Shown: piece after piece, positions 27,924 to 37,305 of the stretch
How the letters are laid out: every line of letters begins with the position of its first letter
Position numbering within the stretch: position 1 is the stretch's first letter
Source of the DNA: Myxococcota bacterium
Lineage (GTDB): Bacteria; Myxococcota_A; UBA796; SXON01
NCBI GenBank assembly: GCA_040386535.1
Contig: JAZKFH010000023.1
Coordinates: 79,873-143,872, forward strand
Length of the DNA: 64,000 nucleotides
Direction: 5' to 3'
Made by a program: the position numbers and the translations under genes
Notes under the pieces: generated by a model
What the model was told of the DNA's origin: nothing
Database searches by the model: none
Seen by the model: only the letters and a program-made list of their open reading frames with translations

Positions 27924-28863
27924 CGGGCGCGCCTTCGCAGAAGTCGGAGAGGTCCACCTTCTGGGCCAGGCGGCTCCGCGCCCAGCGGCACGCCTCCGTG
28001 AACGTCGGGAGCACGCCGCCGATCCAGAGCGCGGCGCCGGCATTCAGTGCGATCGCTTCGGCGAGGGGCCCCTTGAGCCCCTCGAACACCGACTCGAGCC
28101 GAGCGGCGTCGACCGTGGCGCCGCCGCTGGGCGAAAGATCGGCGGGACGGCTGCTGGCCGGGTGGCGGAAGGTCGACACGCGCCCGTCGCTCCACCGGTG
28201 GCCGATCGTGTCTGCATGGGCGCCGAAGAAGGGGGTACCGCCGCAGGAGATCACCAGCGCGGCTTCCGCGCCGAGCAGGCCGCACGCCCGTGCGAGCGCC
28301 TCGGTGTGAGCGGGATCACGTACGCCGATCACGTGGGACCGGGGCCGCGTCGGATTGAGGAGGGGTGTGAGCAGCGCCAGCAACGGCGCGGCCGCCCCGA
28401 GCCGCAGCAGGCGAAGCGTGGGTTCGGGGTGGAACGGGTCCCCGGGGAGCCATGCGAACCCGCTGCGCTCGAGCGCGTCGTGCGCGTGCCGGGGGCTGTC
28501 CTGCACCGGCAGCCCCAGGGCGCCGAGCAGCGCCTCGCCGCCCGCACGATCGGGCAGGAGCCCGCACTCGGCCACGGTCCCGTCGCAGGCCGCCACCAGC
28601 AGCCCCGCTCCCACGGTCAGGTCGAACAGCGCCTCGTCTCGCGGGCCGGCCACGGCGATGTCGACGACGACCCGGTTTGGCGGCGTGCGTGCCTCGGTGG
28701 CATGGCGGCGCAGCACCGCGGCGCCCGCGATCAGCAGCTCCGCCGTGACGGGCCCTGCGAGGCGCTCGACGACCGCGTCCAGGTCACCCCCGGCGTACGC
28801 CGACTCGAGGAGGTCCATGAGCGCATCGGGTTCCAGCAGACCCCCCAAACCTTGTGTGGACAC
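27820..28863 (-). CDS. Degenerate anthranilate phosphoribosyltransferase (TrpD)-fold protein
   Basis: ALLGALG, GFAWL...FHP, PLLNP, HVIGV, IALNAGAAL match the TrpD scaffold, but the GTGGD/NIST/KHGN motifs are absent. Confidence 0.65.
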   Translation of the reverse strand: MSTQGLGGLLEPDALMDLLESAYAGGDLDAVVERLAGPVTAELLIAGAAVLRRHATEARTPPNRVVVDIAVAGPRDEALFDLTVGAGLLVAACDGTVAECGLLPDRAGGEALLGALGLPVQDSPRHAHDALERSGFAWLPGDPFHPEPTLRLLRLGAAAPLLALLTPLLNPTRPRSHVIGVRDPAHTEALARACGLLGAEAALVISCGGTPFFGAHADTIGHRWSDGRVSTFRHPASSRPADLSPSGGATVDAARLESVFEGLKGPLAEAIALNAGAALWIGGVLPTFTEACRWARSRLAQKVDLSDFCEGAPVTSPNRTSPASDSTSRRSPHLPRGGTRRPRDRRG

Positions 28864-28956
28864 GACGCTCCTCGGCTATCCAAGCGGATTCATGCCGGAT
28901 AACGCGTGGCCTTCGGCCCGCAAAGCCACGCCGCGGAAGCGCCGTCTGGGCCGAGA

Positions 28957-29919
28957 CTAGAACCAGCGCCGCACGCGGAAGACCGCCAGGAGGATCACCG
29001 CCGACGCCACCATCATCCCGACGGCCATCCAGAAGCCGTACCCGTGGTGGGCGATGGGGATGACGTCGAAGTTCATCCCGAAGATGCCCGAGATGACGGT
29101 CATCGGGAGCAACAGCGTGCTCACGATGGCGAGGTACTTCATCACCTTGTTGAGCCGCTCGTTCGCCGCGTTGCTGTGCACCTGCAGGGTGCCGTTGCAC
29201 ACCTCGAGCAGCAGGTTGGTCTGATCGACGATGACGTTGAGGTGGTCGAGCACGTCACGGAAGTAGATCCGGGCGCCGCCCCCCAGCTCCGCGGGTTCGG
29301 CGTCGACGAAGCGACGCACCACCTCGGTCTGCGGGAGCGTCATGCGCCGTAGCATCAGCAGGTCACGGCGGGTCCGCACGAGGCCCTCGACCACCTGCGT
29401 GCCGTCCGCGCGCGAGGCCAACGCCTCGAGCTCGTCCACGCGCTCCTCGAACTCGTAGAGCGTCGCTGTGTACTCGTCGATCACCGCGTCGATGAGCGCG
29501 TGGACCAGCCGATCGGCGTGGGTCCCCACCCGCTCCGGATACGTCGCGAGCGCCTGGACCACGCGGTCGACCGCGGCCACGTTCTTCGGGCGGACGCTCA
29601 CCACCAGCGAAGGCCGCAGGAACACGGAGATCGGCACGGTGTCGAGCGGATCGTTGGGGGTCGTGCGGTCGAGCGCCTGGGAGACGAGGAACCCATGGGT
29701 GGGGTAGCGCTCGTACTTCGAACGCTTCTGCAGGTGCGCCACGTCCTCCACCGCGAGGGGGTGGAAGCGCCACAGGTCGGTGAGGAGCTTCGACTCCTCG
29801 GGGGTGGGCGCGAGCAGATCCACCCACACGGTGGCGTTGGGAGGAGGCGTCGAGGTCGCGTCGAACGGCGCGTCGCAATCGACGCGGCCGTCGTCATAGA
29901 GGATGTGCGTGCGGAGCAT
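28957..29919 (-). CDS. corA: CorA Mg2+/Co2+ transporter
   Basis: WVDL..P, FHPLAVED, YFRDVLDH, GIFGMNF, two C-terminal TMs. Confidence 0.93.
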   Translation of the reverse strand: MLRTHILYDDGRVDCDAPFDATSTPPPNATVWVDLLAPTPEESKLLTDLWRFHPLAVEDVAHLQKRSKYERYPTHGFLVSQALDRTTPNDPLDTVPISVFLRPSLVVSVRPKNVAAVDRVVQALATYPERVGTHADRLVHALIDAVIDEYTATLYEFEERVDELEALASRADGTQVVEGLVRTRRDLLMLRRMTLPQTEVVRRFVDAEPAELGGGARIYFRDVLDHLNVIVDQTNLLLEVCNGTLQVHSNAANERLNKVMKYLAIVSTLLLPMTVISGIFGMNFDVIPIAHHGYGFWMAVGMMVASAVILLAVFRVRRWF

Positions 29920-29957
29920 CGTCGGGGTGTCCCGGTCGGCCGCACGCTATCTCATCG

Positions 29958-31109
29958 TCAGTACACGGGCATGCTCGTGTCGATCTGCTTGGCCCACGCC
30001 ACGATCCCGCCCTCGAGGTTGATCACGCGGTACCCGTTCTGTGCCAACACAGCGGCGGCCTGCGACGAGCGGCCTCCGAGCTTGCAGTGCACGAGGATCT
30101 CGCGGTCCTTCGGGACCTCGGCGAGGCGGTTCGCCACCTCGGTGTGGGGGATGAGCGCGTCGGCGAAGGGGAAGCGCACGATCGCGGCCTCCGCGTCGTT
30201 GCGCACGTCGAGGACGAAGGGCTTCCAGCCCTCCTTCAAGCGGCGCGCGGCCTCGTCGACGGAGATGCGGCCGAACGTTTCGGACTGGATCACGGGGGCC
30301 TCCTCACGCGGCGTCTGCGCCTTGGGCACGCCGCAGAACTGGTCGTAGTCGATGAGATGCTCGATCTTGGGGGAGTCGGGGTCACGCCGGAGCTTCAGCT
30401 CGCGGAACTGCATGTTCAAGGCGTCGAACAGGAGGAGCCGCCCCGAGAGGGTGGTGCCGATCCCGAGGAGGATCTTGATGGTCTCGGTGGCCTGGATGGT
30501 GCCGACGATGCCCGGGAGCACGCCCAGTACGCCGCCCTCCGCGCACGAGGGGACCAGGCCCGGGGGCGGAGGCTCGGGGTACAGGTCGCGGTAGTTGGGG
30601 CCGCCCTGGTAGTTGAACACCGTGGCCTGCCCCTCGAACCGGAAGATCGACCCGTAGACGTTCGGCTTCCCGAGGATCACGCACGCGTCGTTGACGAGGT
30701 AGCGCGTGGGGAAGTTGTCCGTGCCGTCCACGATGACATCGTACGGCGCGCCGATGCGCAAGGCGTTCTCGCTGGTGAGCGGCTCCTCGTACAGGTCGAC
30801 CTGCACGTGCGGGTTGATGTCGAGGATGCGATCCCGCGCCGAGATCACCTTCGGCTTGCCGATCGACGAGGTGCCGTGGATGATCTGGCGGTGCAGGTTG
30901 GACGCGTCCACCTCGTCGAAGTCGACGATGCCGATGCGCCCGACCCCCGCGGCCGCCAGGTACAAGAGCAGCGGGGAGCCGAGGCCGCCCGTGCCGACGC
31001 AGAGCACGCTCGCGTCCTTGAGCTTCTGCTGCCCCGCCATGCCCACCTCGGGCAGGATGAGGTGCCGCGAGTAGCGCGCGATCTCCTCGTTCGTCAGCGG
31101 GGCGCTCAC
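29958..31109 (-). CDS. moeZ: MoeZ/MoeB ThiF-family adenylyltransferase with rhodanese domain
   Basis: RYSRHLIL, GTGGLG, SNLHRQ, DGTDNF, PSCAEGGVLG; rhodanese HCKLGGRS. Confidence 0.93.
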   Translation of the reverse strand: MSAPLTNEEIARYSRHLILPEVGMAGQQKLKDASVLCVGTGGLGSPLLLYLAAAGVGRIGIVDFDEVDASNLHRQIIHGTSSIGKPKVISARDRILDINPHVQVDLYEEPLTSENALRIGAPYDVIVDGTDNFPTRYLVNDACVILGKPNVYGSIFRFEGQATVFNYQGGPNYRDLYPEPPPPGLVPSCAEGGVLGVLPGIVGTIQATETIKILLGIGTTLSGRLLLFDALNMQFRELKLRRDPDSPKIEHLIDYDQFCGVPKAQTPREEAPVIQSETFGRISVDEAARRLKEGWKPFVLDVRNDAEAAIVRFPFADALIPHTEVANRLAEVPKDREILVHCKLGGRSSQAAAVLAQNGYRVINLEGGIVAWAKQIDTSMPVY

Positions 31110-31393
31110 AGGGGCCCCCGGCCACCGGCGATCGACGGCACGATGATGAGGGTGTCCCCCTCCTTGAGCACCGTCGCGTCCCGCTGGAGGTGCCGGATGT
31201 CCTCGTCGTTCAGGTACACGTTCACGAAGGTGCGGAGCTTGCCTTCCGCGTCGCGCAGGTGCTTGGCGAGCCCGGGGTAGCCCGTGGTCAGGGCGTCGAG
31301 GGCCTGGCCGGCGGTGGCCGCGTCCACCGCGACGCTGGCCTTGCCGTCGGTGTAGGCGCGGAGCGCGGACGGGATCGAGATGGAGATGGCCAT
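31106..31393 (-). CDS. cysO: MoaD/ThiS/CysO-family ubiquitin-like sulfur carrier with C-terminal extension
   Basis: IPSALR, FVNVYLNDEDIR, IVPSIAGG followed by RGPL. Confidence 0.88.
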   Translation of the reverse strand: MAISISIPSALRAYTDGKASVAVDAATAGQALDALTTGYPGLAKHLRDAEGKLRTFVNVYLNDEDIRHLQRDATVLKEGDTLIIVPSIAGGRGPL

Positions 31394-31396
31394 GGG

Positions 31397-31816
31397 TCAG
31401 TCCTCGGTGTGGATGAGCTCTTCGTCCATGGCGGCGCGGTCGTCGTGCAGGCGCCAGGAACGGGTGTCGGCGATGGCCCCGGCCATCACCGAGGTGATGA
31501 CGTAGCTCATGTTCGGAAGGGCGTGATCCCGATCGAAGTCCGAGTAACGGGCCGGGTGATCGGGGTGGGAGTGGTAGTAGCCGACGACCTCGAGCCCCTC
31601 GGCTTCGAGCGCCTGTTCGGCCCGGTAGAGGACGAGCGCGCTCACGTGGTAGCGGTTGGCCGGGCTGTCGGCGCGCTCGTTGACCAGCGACACGACATGG
31701 GTGACCACGTTCGTGGCACGGTGGCCGGCGAGGATCCCGACGACCTCGTGCGGGTAGCCCGCGACGGCGTGGGCGTGCACCCGGGCAAGCTCGAGCGGGG
31801 GGAGGATCAGGGCCAC
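31397..31816 (-). CDS. mec: JAB/Mov34 (M67) metallopeptidase, Mec-like
   Basis: YPHEVVG, YHSHPDHPARYSDFD (E...HxH..S..D). Confidence 0.9.
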   Translation of the reverse strand: MALILPPLELARVHAHAVAGYPHEVVGILAGHRATNVVTHVVSLVNERADSPANRYHVSALVLYRAEQALEAEGLEVVGYYHSHPDHPARYSDFDRDHALPNMSYVITSVMAGAIADTRSWRLHDDRAAMDEELIHTED

Positions 31817-32703
31817 AGGTGCTCCTCGGAGAGGTAGCGCTCGCCGGAGTCGGGGAAGAGGGTGACGACGACGCCGCGATCGAGCTCGCGCGCGACCTCG
31901 ATGGCGCCCCAGAGCGCCGCCCCCGCCGAGACCCCCACCAGCAGGCCCTCCTCGCGGGCGAGGCGACGCATCAGGACGATGGACGCCTCCGTGGGGGCGC
32001 CCAGGTCGGCGTCCGCAAGCGAGGGGTCGTAGATCGCGGGGACGATGGCGCTCTCGAGGTGCTTGAGGCCTTCGAGGCCGTGAAACGGGGAGTCAGGCTG
32101 TACCGACACGCACTCGATGCGCGGGTCGTACTCCTTGAGGCGCCGGCTGGTGCCGGTGAACGTGCCGGTGGTGCCGAGCGCCGCGACCCAGTGGGTGACG
32201 CGGCCGCCGGTGTCCCGCCAGATCTCGGGCGCTGTCGTGTCGTAGTGGGCGCGCCAGTTGGCGTCGTTGCTGTACTGGTCGAGGTACAGGTAGCGGTCCG
32301 GGTGCTCCGCCAAGAGGGCGCGCGCCCGACGGATGGCGCCATCGCTGCCCTCGAGCGGATCGGTCTCGATGATCTCGACCCCGTAGGCCCGCAGGATCTT
32401 CTTGCGCTCGCGGTTGGCGTTGGCGGGCAGGCACAACGTGATCGCGTGCCCGCGCGCGGCGGCGATCATCCCGTACGCGATGCCCGTGTTGCCGGAAGAC
32501 GAGTCGAGCAGGCGCATGCCGGGGAGGAGGCGCCCGCTGGCCTCCGCGTCCCGGATCATCGCCCACGCGGCTCGATCTTTTACGGAGCCGCCGGGGTTGA
32601 ACCACTCGAGCTTGGCCCACACCTCCACCTCGGGCGGCACGACGCCGTCGAGGATGTGGCAAAGCCGGACGAGCGGCGTGTTTCCAATTCGATCGACGAG
32701 CAT
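31807..32703 (-). CDS. cysM: PLP-dependent cysteine synthase (CysM-like)
   Basis: IGNTPLV, KLEWFNPGGSVKDR, SSGNTG, QYSN, LGTTGT, PDSGERYLS. Confidence 0.92.
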   Translation of the reverse strand: MLVDRIGNTPLVRLCHILDGVVPPEVEVWAKLEWFNPGGSVKDRAAWAMIRDAEASGRLLPGMRLLDSSSGNTGIAYGMIAAARGHAITLCLPANANRERKKILRAYGVEIIETDPLEGSDGAIRRARALLAEHPDRYLYLDQYSNDANWRAHYDTTAPEIWRDTGGRVTHWVAALGTTGTFTGTSRRLKEYDPRIECVSVQPDSPFHGLEGLKHLESAIVPAIYDPSLADADLGAPTEASIVLMRRLAREEGLLVGVSAGAALWGAIEVARELDRGVVVTLFPDSGERYLSEEHLWP

Positions 32704-32737
32704 GGGGCGACAGCGGACGAAGGTAGGATCGGCGGAC

Positions 32738-33310
32738 CTACACGGCAATGGGAGACGACGGAGATGTAGTCGTGGTGACGAGCCCGAGCAGATCCGACGG
32801 GTCCGGGAGCCCGCCCGTCCCCACGTCGCCGCACGCGAGCCGCTTGCTCACGGGGTCGATCAGCACGTAGCGATCGAGGGCACGGAGCCATTCCAGGTTG
32901 CGACGCACGACGGGGTGATCCCACATCACCGTGTTCATCGCGGGCGCGAGGACGACCGGGGTGGACGCGGGGACGGCCAGGAGCACGGTGGTCAGCGCGT
33001 CGTCGGCGAGGCCGCACGCCAGCTTCGCGAGGGTGTTCGCCGTCAAGGGGGCGACCAGCACGGCCTGGGCCCACTTCGCCCAGCTGATGTGATCGATCGC
33101 GCTTGTGGAGCCGGGGAGGGGAGCCCCGACGAAGGTGTCGAGGAGCACGGGGTTCCCCGAGAGCGCCTCGAACGTCAGGGGCGCCACGAAGCGGGTGGCG
33201 TTGGCGGTCATCATCACGCGCACGTCATGGCCGGCCTTCACCGCCAGGCTCGTGAATTCACAGCTCTTGTAGGCGGCGATGCCGCCGGTCACGCCGAGGA
33301 GGATTCGCAT
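32738..33310 (-). CDS. coaC: Stand-alone phosphopantothenoylcysteine decarboxylase (HFCD flavoprotein), no CoaB domain
   Basis: GVTGGIAAYK, DHI, APLTANTLAK, PAMNTVMW, LACGDVGTG; ends at 190 aa. Confidence 0.85.
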   Translation of the reverse strand: MRILLGVTGGIAAYKSCEFTSLAVKAGHDVRVMMTANATRFVAPLTFEALSGNPVLLDTFVGAPLPGSTSAIDHISWAKWAQAVLVAPLTANTLAKLACGLADDALTTVLLAVPASTPVVLAPAMNTVMWDHPVVRRNLEWLRALDRYVLIDPVSKRLACGDVGTGGLPDPSDLLGLVTTTTSPSSPIAV

Positions 33311-33330
33311 GCCCCGAATCCTAACGCCGG

Positions 33331-35172
33331 TCAGTCCTCGAACCGCGCTTCGCCGTTGAGCGCGGTGACCAGCAGGTCGCGGTACAGCCGCTTCGCGTCG
33401 CGGTTGTCGTAGATCGCGTAGTGGTCGTCGTCCGGGTACTGGCCGAGTCCCGCGGTGATTGCGGCGCCGTTCCAGTCCAGTGCGTTCTTGGACGTGGGCA
33501 GGTCCGCGGAGTCGAGCCCGCGCAGGTCGAACGAATCCGGCGTGGTCGCGGCCGGGCCCACGACCGGCACACGCCCGGCCGCGGCGAGCGCCTCGGTGGT
33601 GACGGAGGGGGTCGCGACGTCGGCGAGGCCCTCCGTGAGCACGATCGGGATGGGCAGCGCATCCCAGCGCGGCTCCTCGGCGAACCACCACGGGGCGTAG
33701 TTGAGCGGATCGGTCGCCTCGGACAACATCTGGATGAGGCCGACCACCGGGTGGAACGTCGTGAGCTCCTCGTCCTCGGTGAACTCGAGGAGGGACGCGA
33801 TGAGCGCGGCGATGTCGAACGGATCCTTGCGCAGCACGACCGTCATCGCGAGGCCGCCGCCCGTGCCGGAGAAGCCCGCGGCGACGAGGTCGTGGCTCAT
33901 GTACGGGGCCGCGATGGCGCCCACGAGGCCCCCCTGGGAGTGGCCGAAGAAGGCCACGCGCTCCGGATCGAGCGCGATCGTCTCGCCGAGGGCGGTGAAC
34001 GTCGGCTGGAGGTGCGTGAGCGCCTCCGCGAGGTACACCTGGTCGAGCGCGCCCTGTCGGAAGTTGGTACGGCCGGCGTCGGGGTTGGTGTAGTTGAAGC
34101 TGTCGAGCTCGGCGTTGGTGCCGGGAGGCGCGCGGTCCGCGTGGAGCGGCTGCGCGATGCCGATCATCGCAACGCCCTCGCGGGCCATGACCGTCCCTTC
34201 CTCCTCGTTGCTCGTGGAGTCGCAGAAGGTGAGGTGGTCGCCGCCGGTGCCGTGGCTGTAGAGCACCACGGGCCAGCCGCCGTCGGGCATCGGCCCGTCC
34301 GTCGGGATCGTGAGCGCGAACTTGACGCGCTCCCAGTAGGCGATCTCCGGCGCGCCGTCGGCCCCGAAGACGAAGGCCCCGCCCGTGCTCCGGTAGGGCC
34401 GCTCGCCGTGTTGCCACACGGGTACGGCCACCGTGCCTTCGTACAGGCTGTAGGCGTCCCGCTCGTCGAGGAGCGTGAGCTCCTGGTCGAGCTTCGGCAC
34501 GCCGATCTCGTCGCGGATGGCGCGCGCGATGCGCGTCGTCTCGGCCACGGGGTCCTGGGTGGTGAAGGGGACCGCCAACGAAACGTCGTCCGACGTGAGG
34601 CCGAGCCCGGCCAGCGTCTCCTCGACGGGGAGCAGGTCGGCGTCGCTGCCGACGCCCCAGCCCTCCGCGGCGGGCGCGACGAGCGGACGGCGGAACACGA
34701 GCGCGTAGGTGGTGCTCGGACGGAGCGGGAAGCCGAAGACCGGCGCCGTGGCCAGGAGATTGCCGGGCTGGAACGTGGTCTCGGCCTCGGTCCACTCGAA
34801 GGTCACGGGCACGCGCTCGCCGCGGTGGGGGCTGTCCCGGTCGACATCGAGGAGCATCACCGGCGACTCGAGCGTGAGCGACGCCTCGGGGCTCGGGAGC
34901 AGCGTGGTGTCGATCGGCGCGGCAAAACGGACGTACATCGGGGAGTTGGTCCCGAACCCGTCGATCTGGGTCGCCGCGTCCAGGTAGGCGTCCACCAGCG
35001 GGTAGTCCCCGGCGCCGGGGAAGTCGCTCACGTCGGGATGGCTGTCCACGCGCCGCACGTCCGAGGGGAAGGGGCGGTCGAAGAAGTCGGGACCATCCAG
35101 GATCGGCGCCGCGCCGCCGCTGGAAACCGACGTGCACGCAGCGGACAGAAAGAGCAGGGACAGGGAAGGCAT
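33331..35172 (-). CDS. Large lipoprotein alpha/beta hydrolase
   Basis: LSAAC lipobox, PFPSD, DGFG, WPVVLYSHGTGG, GHSQGG. Confidence 0.8.
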   Translation of the reverse strand: MPSLSLLFLSAACTSVSSGGAAPILDGPDFFDRPFPSDVRRVDSHPDVSDFPGAGDYPLVDAYLDAATQIDGFGTNSPMYVRFAAPIDTTLLPSPEASLTLESPVMLLDVDRDSPHRGERVPVTFEWTEAETTFQPGNLLATAPVFGFPLRPSTTYALVFRRPLVAPAAEGWGVGSDADLLPVEETLAGLGLTSDDVSLAVPFTTQDPVAETTRIARAIRDEIGVPKLDQELTLLDERDAYSLYEGTVAVPVWQHGERPYRSTGGAFVFGADGAPEIAYWERVKFALTIPTDGPMPDGGWPVVLYSHGTGGDHLTFCDSTSNEEEGTVMAREGVAMIGIAQPLHADRAPPGTNAELDSFNYTNPDAGRTNFRQGALDQVYLAEALTHLQPTFTALGETIALDPERVAFFGHSQGGLVGAIAAPYMSHDLVAAGFSGTGGGLAMTVVLRKDPFDIAALIASLLEFTEDEELTTFHPVVGLIQMLSEATDPLNYAPWWFAEEPRWDALPIPIVLTEGLADVATPSVTTEALAAAGRVPVVGPAATTPDSFDLRGLDSADLPTSKNALDWNGAAITAGLGQYPDDDHYAIYDNRDAKRLYRDLLVTALNGEARFED

Positions 35173-35284
35173 CCCGCAAAGTGTAGCCCGACAATGGCCG
35201 GCGGTGAGGGGTGGTGTGCGTGGTACCCACCTCCCACGCACGTTCGTGCTCTGGCACAATTGCCTCATCCGATTGCCCCACCCG

Positions 35285-36505
35285 ATGTCCTCCCCGTCAC
35301 GCCTCTCCCCGCGCTACCACCGCATCCGACCGTCGGTGATGGCGGAGCTGGCGCGATCCTCGCAGGCGCTCGTGCGCGCCGGCCATCCCGTCCTGAATCT
35401 CGCCTCCGGGCACCTGCCGGGCGAGCTGTCGCGCGAGTTGCGGCGCGTAGCCGAGGACTCCTGGCGCGAGGGGCACTACTCCTACATGGGCGGCCCGGGG
35501 CTGCCGGCGCTCCGCGACGCGGTGGTCGAGTGGCTCGACATGCGTCAGATCCGGACCGCGGACGACGTGCTGATCGCGCCGGGCAGCCGAGCGGCGCTCG
35601 CCGCGGTGCTCGCTGTGTTGTCCGGACCTGGCGATGTCGTACTGGTCGACGGCGCGGCGTGGTTGATCTTCCACCAGATGATCGCGGTCTCCGGCGCGAC
35701 CCCCGTGCCGTGCCGCCCCGGACCGGGCGCCGAAGAGCGCGGAATGAAGCTCACCGCGGCCGACGTGAAGCAGCAGCTCGAGCTCATGCCCGGCGCGCGC
35801 GCGCTCGTCCTCGCGAACCCGGTCAACACCACGGCCCAGGTGTACGACTCGGCCGAGCTGCACGGGATCATCGACGTGTGCGCCGCGAACGGCGTGTTCT
35901 GTATCGTCGATCGCTTGTACGGCCGCCTGGTGTTCGACGGAAAACACTTCCCCTACCTGGAGCCGCGGCCTGCGGTGCGGGACTGGTGCCTCGTCATCGA
36001 TGGCCTGTCGCGCGCCTTCCGCGGCGCGGGCGGGCTGCGGGTGGGCTGGGCGTGCGGCCCGCGGGACGTCATCGCCGCGGCGGCCACGGCGCAGGAGCAC
36101 GGGTCGGGGCCGCCGGGCCGCGTGGTGCAGCGGGTGGCCCTCTCCGCGCTGCAGTCCCCCTACGACATCGGCCTGCTCGACGAGCTGCAGAGCTCCCGCG
36201 ATTTTCTGCTCGAGCAGGTGGCGTCGCTCCCCGACGTCACCGCGTGGCCTGTTCCCGCCACGATGTACTGCCTGCTCGACTTTCGCGCCTGGCTCGGGGC
36301 CATCACGCCGGTGGGCTGGGTCATCGACTCCAGCGGCGACCTTGCCGACTTCCTGCTCGCCGAGGCCAACGTGCTGGTCACGCCGAGCGAGATCACGGGG
36401 CAGACCGGGCTGCTGCGCGTCAGCTTTGCCCAACCGTGGGACGTTCTCACCGACGCCGTGCAACGGATCGGGATGGCCCTTGGGAGCTTGCGCCGATCTG
36501 GATAG
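35285..36505 (+). CDS. Class I/II (AspC-like) aminotransferase-fold protein lacking the PLP lysine
   Basis: HYSY..GLPALR, PGSRAAL, NPVNTT, DRLY, GLSRAF...GLRVGW, LRVSFA. Confidence 0.82.
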   Translation: MSSPSRLSPRYHRIRPSVMAELARSSQALVRAGHPVLNLASGHLPGELSRELRRVAEDSWREGHYSYMGGPGLPALRDAVVEWLDMRQIRTADDVLIAPGSRAALAAVLAVLSGPGDVVLVDGAAWLIFHQMIAVSGATPVPCRPGPGAEERGMKLTAADVKQQLELMPGARALVLANPVNTTAQVYDSAELHGIIDVCAANGVFCIVDRLYGRLVFDGKHFPYLEPRPAVRDWCLVIDGLSRAFRGAGGLRVGWACGPRDVIAAAATAQEHGSGPPGRVVQRVALSALQSPYDIGLLDELQSSRDFLLEQVASLPDVTAWPVPATMYCLLDFRAWLGAITPVGWVIDSSGDLADFLLAEANVLVTPSEITGQTGLLRVSFAQPWDVLTDAVQRIGMALGSLRRSG

Positions 36506-36528
36506 GGGGGCGCTCTCTCGGAAGGACC

Positions 36529-37257
36529 GTGACGCTCTCCCCCACCACGTTGCTCTACGAAGGCAAGGCCAAGCAGGTCTACGCGACCGCCGACGCCGAC
36601 TGGGTCGTCATCCGCTTCAAGGATGACGCCACCGCGTTCAACGGCGTGAAGAAGGCGTCGATCGGCGACAAGGGCGCCATCAACTCCAAGATCAGCGCGC
36701 ATCTCCTCACGCTCGTGTCCGAGGCCGGCGTGCCGACGGCCTTCGCGAAGACGCTCGACGCGCGCGATCAGCTCTTCCGCAAGGTCGAGATCGTCCCGGT
36801 CGAGGTCGTGGTCCGCAACGTCGTGGCCGGCAGCTTCGCGAAGAAGCTCGGCCGCACCGAGGGCGAGCGCCTGGCGCGCCCCGTCGTAGAGCACTTCTAC
36901 AAGTCGGACGCCCTGAACGATCCCCAGATCAACGAGGACGCGGCGATCGTGATGGGCTGGGCCTCCGCCTGGGAGCTCGCCTGCATGCGCGAGCGCGCGC
37001 TCCAGGTGAACGACGTTCTGCTGAAGTTCTGGGACGCCCGCGGCATCGATCTGGTCGACTTCAAGCTCGAGTTCGGCCGCGCGGGCGGCGCCATCCTGCT
37101 CGCGGACGAGATCACGCCCGACGGCTCGCGGTTGTGGGAGCGCGGCACCGGCCGCCACCTCGACAAGGACGTGTTCCGTCGTGACCTGGGTGACCTCGGG
37201 GACACCTACCGCGAGCTGTACCAGCGCGTCTTCGGCACGGCGTACCTCGCCGACTGA
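36529..37257 (+). CDS. purC: SAICAR synthetase
   Basis: LYEGKAKQVY, FKDDATAFNG, PVEVVVRNVVAGS, LVDFKLEFG, LADEITPD, DKDVFR; AAGGA RBS before GTG. Confidence 0.95.
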   Translation: MTLSPTTLLYEGKAKQVYATADADWVVIRFKDDATAFNGVKKASIGDKGAINSKISAHLLTLVSEAGVPTAFAKTLDARDQLFRKVEIVPVEVVVRNVVAGSFAKKLGRTEGERLARPVVEHFYKSDALNDPQINEDAAIVMGWASAWELACMRERALQVNDVLLKFWDARGIDLVDFKLEFGRAGGAILLADEITPDGSRLWERGTGRHLDKDVFRRDLGDLGDTYRELYQRVFGTAYLAD

Positions 37258-37305
37258 CCTCGCGGGCGTCCTGGATGTGCCTATCCCTTCGGGTGGGGGT
37301 GTCGC

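Noticed and set aside
29958..31816. E1-like + ubiquitin-like + JAB genes as an anti-phage ubiquitin-like conjugation system (CBASS/Bil type)
   Set aside because: There is no E2, cyclase or effector. The E1 has a rhodanese domain and the operon includes cysteine synthase, which fits sulfur transfer.
32738..35281. 847-aa ORF as full-length CoaBC
   Set aside because: The extension lies N-terminal to CoaC, is off-frame over the lipoprotein hydrolase and has no CoaB motifs.
33421..37257. 1278-aa ORF as a giant PurC fusion
   Set aside because: Only the last 242 codons are PurC, with their own RBS. The rest is a shadow frame over two real genes, as is common at high GC.
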